DNA of 64,000 nucleotides from a virus (lineage: Duplodnaviria > Heunggongvirae > Uroviricota > Caudoviricetes). How positions within the stretch are numbered: the first letter of the stretch is position 1; each line of letters opens with the position of its first letter. Shown here piece after piece: positions 53,318-61,470 of this stretch. Both the position numbers and the translations under genes were made by a program. The notes under the pieces are model-generated. The model ran no database searches. It was not told where the DNA came from and saw only the letters and a program-made list of their open reading frames with translations. The stretch spans positions 166,524-230,523 of the IMG/VR virus record IMGVR_UViG_3300028797_000094. One strand, 5' to 3'.

Positions 53318-54304
53318 ATGAAGAATGCAAGTTATTCTAAAATAGATAAATATAAACAATGCCCATTTATGTATAATTTATTATATAATGAGCATATTAA
53401 TCCTTATTCACAAAGCATTGCAACAGTATTTGGAAAGGCAGTTCATGCAGCCGAAGAAGCTATTGCAAATGATATTAAGGATGGAAAATTAATTAATTAT
53501 ACTAAGTATAAAAATGATTTTATTTTAAAAATGTATAAAGCTCAATATGAGTATAAAACTGAATATTTTACTTCTGATAAACAATATGCTGAACATGCAA
53601 CAAATTATTTAGATGAAGGTATTTATCGTTTAGATACTTTTATGAAGCTTCATCCAGCATATCAAATTGTTGGTACAGAAATAAATTTTAAAGATGTTGA
53701 TATTGAAGGTGTTACTTTTCAAGGTGCAATAGACCGATTATTATATGATACTGAAAGTGATGCTTATATTATTCATGATATTAAATCTTGGGACAAACCT
53801 GCAAAAGAAGAAGAAACAAAAACTCCACTTCAATTTGTAGTTTATGCTGAAGCTATTAAAAAATTATATAATGCAGATTTAAGTAAAGTTACTTGTTTTT
53901 ATGATTTACCTTGTTGTAATATGTATCAACCAGTTGCAACTAAAGGTTGGTTACAACGTGGTCATGAACAATTAAAGCATATCTTTGAAAAAATTGAAAA
54001 TCAAGATTATGCTCCAACTCCATCTGCTTTATGTAATTGGTGTATCTATAGTAAGACAAATCCAGAAGCAAGATTTGATACAAAATTCTTATGTCCATAT
54101 CATTCTATTTGGTTAAGAGAAACAAGAGATGGAAAAGATATGACTGCATCTGAATTTTATTATACTGGTGATGCAGGCTATTTAGAGATTTTACAAATGT
54201 CATTAGATAGAAGTTGTGTTAATATGACAGCACAAGATTATGCTGTTTTATATAATAAGCATAAACAAGAAGAGAAAGAAAATAAAAAGGCTGAGAAAAA
54301 TTAG
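53318..54304 (+). CDS. RecB/Cas4-like PD-(D/E)XK nuclease with probable Fe-S cysteines
   Basis: SYSKI..YKQCP, FGKAVH, GAIDRL, IHDIK, QF.VY and CNWC..CP motifs. Confidence 0.75.
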   Translation: MKNASYSKIDKYKQCPFMYNLLYNEHINPYSQSIATVFGKAVHAAEEAIANDIKDGKLINYTKYKNDFILKMYKAQYEYKTEYFTSDKQYAEHATNYLDEGIYRLDTFMKLHPAYQIVGTEINFKDVDIEGVTFQGAIDRLLYDTESDAYIIHDIKSWDKPAKEEETKTPLQFVVYAEAIKKLYNADLSKVTCFYDLPCCNMYQPVATKGWLQRGHEQLKHIFEKIENQDYAPTPSALCNWCIYSKTNPEARFDTKFLCPYHSIWLRETRDGKDMTASEFYYTGDAGYLEILQMSLDRSCVNMTAQDYAVLYNKHKQEEKENKKAEKN

Positions 54305-54341
54305 CTAAATTATTATGTTGATACCAATTTTATGAAAGGAT

Positions 54342-54569
54342 GTGACTCATTCAAGAATGGCAAAAGTTGTACTATATCGCGATAAAGAAACTGGACAACC
54401 AGAAGATATAACTTCAGCACTTCGTCGTTTCAAAAGAAAAGTACTGGATGACCAAATACTTTATGAGTGTAAACGTCGTGAGTATTTTCTTCCGAAATCA
54501 CTTAGACGTAAAATGAAATCGATCGAAGCTAAGAAACGTCAAAAGAAAAATTATAAACCAAAATATTAA
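54342..54569 (+). CDS. rpsU: Ribosomal protein bS21 (alternative start ATG 54357)
   Basis: EDITSALRRFKRKV, RREYFLPKS and RRKMKS pattern; GCTAAATT motif at 54304. Confidence 0.85.
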   Translation: MTHSRMAKVVLYRDKETGQPEDITSALRRFKRKVLDDQILYECKRREYFLPKSLRRKMKSIEAKKRQKKNYKPKY

Positions 54570-54637
54570 TATATACTTCATATTTGTTTCCTTGACCGAA
54601 AAGTCATTAAACTAAAATATATGGAAGGAGACAAATT

Positions 54638-54862
54638 ATGTTTGAATCACAATTTTCTAGTTGGACACGCTATTATTTATTTAGCACTGGCACAAAATTT
54701 AAAGCAAGATTTTTTGACTCTAAACAAGATGCTCTAAATGCAATGTATAAATACTGTGATAAGTATGGTATTCATTTAGAAGTTTCAGAAGATGATGTTT
54801 TTGGTGTTAAATACACAAATCATGCGGGTTGTAGATTTTATCTTAATAAAGTAATCTACTAA
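54638..54862 (+). CDS. Small hypothetical protein
   Basis: AAGGAG RBS. Confidence 0.55.
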   Translation: MFESQFSSWTRYYLFSTGTKFKARFFDSKQDALNAMYKYCDKYGIHLEVSEDDVFGVKYTNHAGCRFYLNKVIY

Positions 54863-54977
54863 GAGCTAGCAAGGTACCAACTACCTTGTTAAAAACAGTT
54901 GGCACAATTTGATTTTAAATTTTTAAAAAATATATTGTATAATAATATGTAAAGAAAAACGAAAGGAAAAAATTACA

Positions 54978-55181
54978 ATGGCAAAAGTAAATCAAGAATT
55001 TGACATTAAACGAGTTTTCACAGAAACTAAAGAAGCTTTAAATAAGAACATTACAAAGAGTGAAGGTCGTATCGAAATGATAACTGAAATTGAACAATTT
55101 TTTGAAGCTAATAATTTAAAGGTTGTTCAAGAAGTTGAAGTTCCAGATGCACCAGTTGAAGAAAAAGAAAATAAGAAGTAA
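54978..55181 (+). CDS. Small hypothetical protein
   Basis: AAAGGA RBS; TTGTATAAT at 54935. Confidence 0.55.
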   Translation: MAKVNQEFDIKRVFTETKEALNKNITKSEGRIEMITEIEQFFEANNLKVVQEVEVPDAPVEEKENKK

Positions 55182-55185
55182 TTAA

Positions 55186-55380
55186 ATGCTTAATTTTTTG
55201 ACAACCTACATGGACCAACAAGATGCTTGGGTCTGTGCCGTTTGTATTGGAATTATTTTAGTTTGTTTAGTTTTAATCGGAATTCATTTAATAAGATTTT
55301 TTGCACAAGAGAATGAATTTAATAGACAAATTAATCGTCGAGAAAAAATAGAAAGAATGCGAAGAAGAAGTAAGAGATAA
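55186..55380 (+). CDS. Small single-pass membrane protein
   Basis: Hydrophobic stretch followed by a basic tail. Confidence 0.5.
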   Translation: MLNFLTTYMDQQDAWVCAVCIGIILVCLVLIGIHLIRFFAQENEFNRQINRREKIERMRRRSKR

Positions 55381-55439
55381 CTTTAAAAATTTATCTTAAA
55401 AAATTCGCTAAATTTAGTGTAAGAAAATTTAATATTTAA

Positions 55440-55510
55440 ATTCTTGTGGGCAAACTATTGGAAACGATAGGACGCAAAGCTATAGGGCCTTAAATGGTAG
55501 CCAGTTGCTT
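55440..55510 (+). ncRNA. c-di-GMP-I (GEMM) riboswitch aptamer 1
   Basis: GGCAAA-CTATTG-GAAA-CGATAG-GACGCAAAGCTAT-AGGGCCT..GGTAGC-CAGTTGC: P2 with a GAAA loop, the GACGCAAAG junction and P3. Confidence 0.9.
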
Positions 55511-55530
55511 AATTAGGTAGCTGGTTTTTT
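55500..55530 (+). terminator. Riboswitch 1 expression-platform terminator
   Basis: GCCAGTTGCTTA/TAGGTAGCTGGT stem plus T tract; overlaps the 3' end of the aptamer. Confidence 0.8.
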
Positions 55531-55547
55531 ATTTTGCTCCTAATTAA

Positions 55548-55624
55548 AATCCATAAGGCAAAACACAGGAAACTGTGTGACGCAAAGCTATAGGACCTGA
55601 GATAAATATGGTAGCCAGTTGCAT
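55548..55624 (+). ncRNA. c-di-GMP-I (GEMM) riboswitch aptamer 2
   Basis: GGCAAA-ACACAG-GAAA-CTGTGT-GACGCAAAGCTAT-AGGACCT..GGTAGC-CAGTTGC; P2 covaries with aptamer 1. Confidence 0.9.
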
Positions 55625-55653
55625 TATAGAGATATTTTGCAATTGGCTTTTTT
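55614..55653 (+). terminator. Riboswitch 2 expression-platform terminator
   Basis: GCCAGTTGCA/TGCAATTGGC stem plus T tract; overlaps the 3' end of the aptamer. Confidence 0.8.
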
Positions 55654-55675
55654 ATTATGTTTATCGGAGGTAGCT

Positions 55676-56386
55676 ATGAGAAAAAGGAATGATTATTTAT
55701 ATCATCAAACAGCGTATTACAAAACAAGAGCATTTTTAAGATTAGGTATTTTAATATTAATACTCATCTTAGCACTCTTAGGATTTTTTGCTTACTTTTC
55801 ACAGTATAGTGGAACATTTGTTATTAGCTTAGACAAATATTCCCAAGCTGGTTTAAGCCTATGTGAAAAGCCAGATTTTTTAGAACCAACAAGTATGCTT
55901 CATGCAAGTACGATAAAAAAGATTAATCCTATTGAATATAAGACAGTTCCAATAGAAAGTGTTTTAGAAACTGATGGATTATCTAAAGAACCTAATTGTT
56001 TTGGATATACTTATTATTTAAAAAATGTTGGTGAGACAATTGTTGACGTTGATGTAAATGTTATTCAAGAAGGTGCTAGACAAAACTTAGATAAGTGTTC
56101 AAGAATTTTAGTTTTAAAAGATGACGAACCTATCGGAGTTTTCAAGGTGACTGACGGTTACATTGATCCACAAGATCAGACACCACCAGACTTGTATAGA
56201 CAATACTCAGGAAAAGATGTTTATACATTTAGTATTTATCACTTGAACCCAAATGATATTGTAAAATTTACAGTTATTATTTGGTTAGAGGGTTGGGATA
56301 TTGATTGTACCGATGACAAGATTGGTGGTGCAGTTCAATACGGTATGACAATAGGTATTGTAAATTATTACAAAGAAGAAGATTAA
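55676..56386 (+). CDS. Membrane-anchored or secreted protein with an AYF motif after the hydrophobic segment
   Basis: GGAGG RBS; ...LALLGFFAYFS; YYLKNVG; C-terminal IWLEGWDIDC. Confidence 0.7.
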   Translation: MRKRNDYLYHQTAYYKTRAFLRLGILILILILALLGFFAYFSQYSGTFVISLDKYSQAGLSLCEKPDFLEPTSMLHASTIKKINPIEYKTVPIESVLETDGLSKEPNCFGYTYYLKNVGETIVDVDVNVIQEGARQNLDKCSRILVLKDDEPIGVFKVTDGYIDPQDQTPPDLYRQYSGKDVYTFSIYHLNPNDIVKFTVIIWLEGWDIDCTDDKIGGAVQYGMTIGIVNYYKEED

Positions 56387-56421
56387 AAAAATAAAATAAA
56401 ATTTAACAAGGAGAAATTAAA

Positions 56422-57525
56422 ATGAAAAAATTAAGAAGAATGTTATTTTCATCAATTATTGCTTGTTTACTATGCTTCATTACATTAGGAACAAGTACAT
56501 ATGCATGGTTCTCAATGAACCAAAAAGTTTCTGTTACAGGTATGGCTGTTACTACAGCTGTAAATGATAACTTATTTATTGCTCAATCAACTGCTAGCAA
56601 TAATAAATTAGCAGATGCTGATTTTAGAAATGCTTTACATTATACTGCTGAAGCTGCTAAATTACAACCTGTTTCTACAGTAGATGCTAATAATTTCTAT
56701 TATACAAATGAAGCTGCTGCTGATGGACATAAAGTTAGTGGCAATTACACTGCTTTAGCTAATAATGATATACTTGTTAATAGCACTCATTATCAAGGAT
56801 ATGCTGATTATGTATTCGAATTAAAAGCTATTAATGCTAATGATACAAATGAATATGTTAACTTAACTAAGTTAAATATTTTATATGAAGGTGATGTTAC
56901 AAAAGTTACTCATGCATTCCGTGTTGCTATTTTTGTTCAAGCTAATACTAGTGCATTCGATGATCTAACTGATGAACAAAAAGCTACTGCTTATACAGGT
57001 GCTTATGATGCTATTGGTGCTGTTAATTCTATTTTTGCTAAATCTGACTATGCTTACTTTACAACTGGTAAAGCTGTTAGTGCTACTGATGCATTAGCTG
57101 CTGTTTCTAATATTAATACTGCTGTTTCATTGCTAGTACCTGCAAATACAACAAAATACTTTAAAGTTACAGTTCGTATTTGGTTAGAAGGTGAAGATAC
57201 AGACTGTTATAATACTAAGTTTGTAAACTTAACTAGTCAATGGGCTTTAGATTTAGCATTTGAATTACAAGCTAATAATACTGCTGCTGTTGCAGTTTTA
57301 AGTGCTGCTGCCAATGCTACAATTGCAAGTGATGGTACAACATTAACTGCTACATTAGTTAACACTCTTGGTGAAACTGCATCAACTTATGCATGGTATA
57401 AAGTTGGTCAAGCTGCTGCTGTTGCAACAACAGAAACATATGCACCAGCTGATACTGACAAATATTATTGTGTAATTACAACTGTTAAAGGCAACGAATA
57501 TAGAACACCTGCAATTACTAAATAA
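56422..57525 (+). CDS. Secreted protein with a SipW-class signal peptide (TasA/CalY-like export signal)
   Basis: MKK-hydrophobic-GTSTYAWFS; C-terminal IWLEGEDTDC shared with the preceding gene. Confidence 0.75.
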   Translation: MKKLRRMLFSSIIACLLCFITLGTSTYAWFSMNQKVSVTGMAVTTAVNDNLFIAQSTASNNKLADADFRNALHYTAEAAKLQPVSTVDANNFYYTNEAAADGHKVSGNYTALANNDILVNSTHYQGYADYVFELKAINANDTNEYVNLTKLNILYEGDVTKVTHAFRVAIFVQANTSAFDDLTDEQKATAYTGAYDAIGAVNSIFAKSDYAYFTTGKAVSATDALAAVSNINTAVSLLVPANTTKYFKVTVRIWLEGEDTDCYNTKFVNLTSQWALDLAFELQANNTAAVAVLSAAANATIASDGTTLTATLVNTLGETASTYAWYKVGQAAAVATTETYAPADTDKYYCVITTVKGNEYRTPAITK

Positions 57526-57597
57526 TTATTGTAGAATAAATTAAAAAGAGTCAGTAATTATTTACTGGCTCTTTAATTTTCAAGAAAGGAGAAAATC

Positions 57598-58299
57598 ATG
57601 AGCAAAAGATTTAGAAAAGCTATTATAAGCTCAATTATATCAATTATTTTAATAATTCTTTGTTTGACTACATGTGCTTTTGCATGGTTTTCTTTAAGTA
57701 CTGCAAAAAATATTGATGGTCCAGCAATTGAAATAAATGCCTCTGGTATGGCTGTAAATTATGAAGTTTATAAATATGAGAATGATGAATTTATAGAAGC
57801 AACTAATTCAAGTGGAGCTTTTAATTTAAGAGCTTATGATTCTATTATTCAATCAAGAAATAATAATATTTCGATTATTTTAAAATTATTTATAACTGGG
57901 CAACCAATATTAGACCATCAAGATATTACTATTATAATTACTTATAATAATACTCCAATGAGTGGTATGTATTTATCAAATGTAGTTTATTTTAAGTTTG
58001 CTACATTAAATATAAATTCGAATGACCCAGAAACAATTTATACTTGTGCTATAAATAGTTTTGATCAAAACAATAATAAATATACTTTTATAAATAACAA
58101 TGATAAAAATAGTATAAGTTATATAATTTCTAATTATGAAAATTACATAGTTAATAATGCTTTAGAAGTTTATGTTCAGATAAACTATGATCAAGATTTA
58201 GTTGAATCATCTGGAACAATTAGTTTAGAAGATTTTAATTCAGAGATTACATATACTTCTGACATTACTACTTTAAGTATTTTTGCAGGAGATAATTAA
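57598..58299 (+). CDS. Secreted protein with a SipW-class signal peptide
   Basis: MSKR-hydrophobic-TCAFAWFS; terminator-like hairpin at about 57547-57574 upstream. Confidence 0.7.
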   Translation: MSKRFRKAIISSIISIILIILCLTTCAFAWFSLSTAKNIDGPAIEINASGMAVNYEVYKYENDEFIEATNSSGAFNLRAYDSIIQSRNNNISIILKLFITGQPILDHQDITIIITYNNTPMSGMYLSNVVYFKFATLNINSNDPETIYTCAINSFDQNNNKYTFINNNDKNSISYIISNYENYIVNNALEVYVQINYDQDLVESSGTISLEDFNSEITYTSDITTLSIFAGDN

Positions 58300-58300
58300 T

Positions 58301-60511
58301 ATGAAGAAAATTTTTACTTTAATTATTTCAGTTTTATTAGTATTTTTCAGTTTAATTAGTATAACTTATGCTTGGCTAACTCTACAAACAAGCATTGATT
58401 TACCACTTTCAGGAAGTGTATTTACTGCATATTTTCATTGTGGAACTGGTACTGAACAAGACCCATATGTAATTACAAAACCACAACATTTATATAACTT
58501 AACAATGCTTTATCAACATTTAAATGGTTTTGATGAAGACCAAGTTTATATTGAAATTGGTTGTGATGGAAATTGTGGTCATACTCATAATAATGATTTA
58601 TTAATTGGTGGCCAAGCTACTACTTTAGATATGTCAGATTATGATGATTTTGTGCCAATTGGAACATATGCACATCCATTTAAAGGTATATTAAATGGTA
58701 ACAATTTTATTGTTGATAGCCTATCTATTGTCGGTCAAAGTGAACAAGGTGTCGGTATTTTTGGTTATGTAACTAATGAAGCTAATATTAGTGATATTTA
58801 TTTTGATAATTTAATTATAGATATTTCTAATTGTTCAAATAATAGTTATGTTGGTTATATTGCAGGTTATATTGAAGATGCAACTTGTTTTGAAAACGTT
58901 TACATAAATAATTGTGAACTTTGTGGAACTGCAAGTAATTTCCAAAGTGAATGGGGATATTTTGGTAAATGTGATAATGCTGCAACTTTAGAACAATTTA
59001 TTAAGAAAGCAAATGGTGAAGGCCAAGGTAATGACTGGGGTGGATCTATTGATATGCTTTCATTAAATCAACGTATTAGATATTTTCTAAATAATGTTAG
59101 CAAAACAGGTTTAAATGCCGGCACTTATAATTATGCAACAGCTGTAACATATAATAAGTCTATCTATACAAAATCTAGTAGTAATGTATTTAGATATTAT
59201 GTTGATGATTATCAATCTTATTCAACATATTCTGGTTCTACTTATAATAATGACCCAGCATCAAATCAAATTATTTATCGTTTTGTTGGTGGTGCAAATA
59301 ATGCTCGTGCAACAACAAGTAATCCAACTTCAACTTCTGGTACATATTTCTATGATATTCCAGCTTCTTATGTTCCATTATTAACAAAAGGTGAATCAGA
59401 AGGTTATGCAGTTGAAGAGGGAAATACAGGATATTTTGCTGGTGATTTAATGCACGGTAGTAATACTTTAAGAACTGCATCTTATGCAAATAGCTATATT
59501 GGAAATTCTTATGCAAATGGTGAATTAGAAGTATTATCAAATTCTACAGTTTCTTATAATGCAAATAATTATAAGAAAATTAATAATGGTCATACTAATA
59601 ATTTATTATCTGGTTATTCTGCAGATATTGCTGCTGACAAATATCCAGGTTATGCAAATGCATATCAAAAAATGTGTGGTGTTTTAAGTTCTTCAACTTT
59701 TGTTCAAGGACTTCACTTTACAGGAAGCACAATTAGTTCATCAAGTACAACTACTGTTCCAAAAGCTTATATTAATGGTCAGTTAATAAATAATTATAAA
59801 ACATTAAGAAGCTCAGTAGATTTTTATGCTAAAGAAAATGGTTCAATTAAATTCTTTGCAGGTAGTTATTATAATACTGTTGGAACAAATTCAGATTCAT
59901 TCTTCTCATTGCATACTGTAACAAGAAGTGGAAATAATATAACTACAAATCAAATTTTTTATATTTATGCTAATACAAATGAAGCAACAAAGAAAACTTA
60001 TCCACATTTGTATTATGATGAAAATAATAATTTAATTGCTGCAGGTTATGGAAATAATGTAACTAAAGGTGATTTAGAATTTGATATGAGATGGCTTCAT
60101 AATGCTCCACCTGTTGCAAATGCAGTTTATTATTTTGAAATTCCCGTAAATGCTGGTGAATTTGCTCTTGGCTCTGTTGCAGCTAATAAAACAAAAGGTA
60201 CATATTTAATGTATCTTGATATTGGTTCAAATGGTGCAAGTGATGATAATGATAAGATTGATGATTTTGGCTCAGTTGAATATAGAACAAATCCAAACAC
60301 AATAGATCACAGTATTTTAATTTTAAGATATGACCAAAATTCTGAAATTGATTTTAGTATTAAAGTAGAGTTTACAAATAATACTTATACTATTACAACA
60401 AGTGAAAATATTACAGTCATAATTGCAATTTTAGATGACGATTATACTTATATATTTGATGATGAAACACTGTCCTCAACCACAGGACAATATATAAGAC
60501 CACAGACGTAA
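58301..60511 (+). CDS. Large secreted protein with a SipW-class signal peptide and a GLUG-type domain
   Basis: MKK-hydrophobic-SITYAWL; GTGTEQDPYVI, PIG...PFKG.LNGN, GIFGY and VGYIAGY motifs. Confidence 0.7.
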   Translation: MKKIFTLIISVLLVFFSLISITYAWLTLQTSIDLPLSGSVFTAYFHCGTGTEQDPYVITKPQHLYNLTMLYQHLNGFDEDQVYIEIGCDGNCGHTHNNDLLIGGQATTLDMSDYDDFVPIGTYAHPFKGILNGNNFIVDSLSIVGQSEQGVGIFGYVTNEANISDIYFDNLIIDISNCSNNSYVGYIAGYIEDATCFENVYINNCELCGTASNFQSEWGYFGKCDNAATLEQFIKKANGEGQGNDWGGSIDMLSLNQRIRYFLNNVSKTGLNAGTYNYATAVTYNKSIYTKSSSNVFRYYVDDYQSYSTYSGSTYNNDPASNQIIYRFVGGANNARATTSNPTSTSGTYFYDIPASYVPLLTKGESEGYAVEEGNTGYFAGDLMHGSNTLRTASYANSYIGNSYANGELEVLSNSTVSYNANNYKKINNGHTNNLLSGYSADIAADKYPGYANAYQKMCGVLSSSTFVQGLHFTGSTISSSSTTTVPKAYINGQLINNYKTLRSSVDFYAKENGSIKFFAGSYYNTVGTNSDSFFSLHTVTRSGNNITTNQIFYIYANTNEATKKTYPHLYYDENNNLIAAGYGNNVTKGDLEFDMRWLHNAPPVANAVYYFEIPVNAGEFALGSVAANKTKGTYLMYLDIGSNGASDDNDKIDDFGSVEYRTNPNTIDHSILILRYDQNSEIDFSIKVEFTNNTYTITTSENITVIIAILDDDYTYIFDDETLSSTTGQYIRPQT

Positions 60512-60587
60512 TTAAGTTTACGTCTTTTTTAAATTTTAGATCTTTTTATTGTATAATATATGTAAAGATATAAAAGGAGAAAAAATT

Positions 60588-61106
60588 ATGCATTTTACTA
60601 GTGCTAGTGCAAACAAGTATTTGAATCAATTAAATGCTGAAAAAGATTTAATTGTTAGTCGTGAACGTGATGTTGCAACATTTACTGCTGCTACAGTTGA
60701 AAAACTTGAAGAAGTTGCTCCAAAGTATGATTTTCATGAAACTCAAGCAAAGTTATTTGAAATTGAAGATAAGATTATTAGATTAAAACATGCATTAAAT
60801 GTATTTAATACTACTACAGTTTTAGAAAGTTTTATCACATCAAATGGTGAAGCATTGACTGTTGATAGTGCATTAGTTTATATGGCTATTTTAAGTCAAA
60901 GAATTTCAAAGTATGAGCGTATGGCAAAAACTGAAGCTAAGAAATCTTATAGCTATAGCAATGGTTTAATTGTTTATAGATATGCAAATTACTCAGTACC
61001 ACAAGCTAAATTTGCTTATGAAAATGCTCAAAAAGAATTACATGAATTACAGTTAGCTTTAGATAAAGTTAATAATACTGTTGAATTTGAAGTTAATTTA
61101 GATTAA
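60588..61106 (+). CDS. Coiled-coil protein resembling the DIP1984 family
   Basis: KHALNVFNTTT, TVDSALVY, YRYANY and LQLALDKVNNTVEFEV pattern; TTGTATAAT at 60549. Confidence 0.5.
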   Translation: MHFTSASANKYLNQLNAEKDLIVSRERDVATFTAATVEKLEEVAPKYDFHETQAKLFEIEDKIIRLKHALNVFNTTTVLESFITSNGEALTVDSALVYMAILSQRISKYERMAKTEAKKSYSYSNGLIVYRYANYSVPQAKFAYENAQKELHELQLALDKVNNTVEFEVNLD

Positions 61107-61112
61107 TTAAAA

Positions 61113-61340
61113 TTTCCGGATATTACTAGATAGCAAAGCCCGCCAACTAGGACTTATTCACTTGATGACAAGATTGTAAATGTATGGGTTTAATGTTTTG
61201 AGGTTTTTAGTTATAAGTTATTTCTTTTAAGGAAGTTATTGATAGATGTAAAAGTTAAAACCTTAAACAAAAAGTTAAATTTTTCAAATTTGTATTACAC
61301 AAATTATTTACAAAAATATACTTTTCTGGTAATATGAAAA
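61113..61340 (+). ncRNA. Candidate structured RNA of about 220 nt, unassigned
   Basis: Nested helices 61120-61130/61325-61335, 61174-61181/61306-61313 and 61199-61207/61257-61265, plus a hairpin at 61287-61305. Confidence 0.45.
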
Positions 61341-61470
61341 CTTTTGGTTGTGGAAGTTCCCGGTTTCAAACAATCTTCTTAAAAATATTGTATAATATAA
61401 TAGAATATAAAAATATTCGAGTAGTCTCAAAAGGACAATTTTATAACCCAAAAGGTAAAGGAGAATAATA

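Noticed and set aside
55440-55624. One aptamer as a 3',3'-cGAMP-sensing variant, giving a two-input gate
   Set aside because: Both read GGCAAA, with G at the position equivalent to Vc2 G20. The A upstream in aptamer 2 is one position earlier.
15569-60557. TTG starts at 15569, 37509 and 60549 and the start at 55619 in the ORF track
   Set aside because: They fall inside the TTGTATAAT promoter motif or the riboswitch. Downstream ATGs have proper RBSs.
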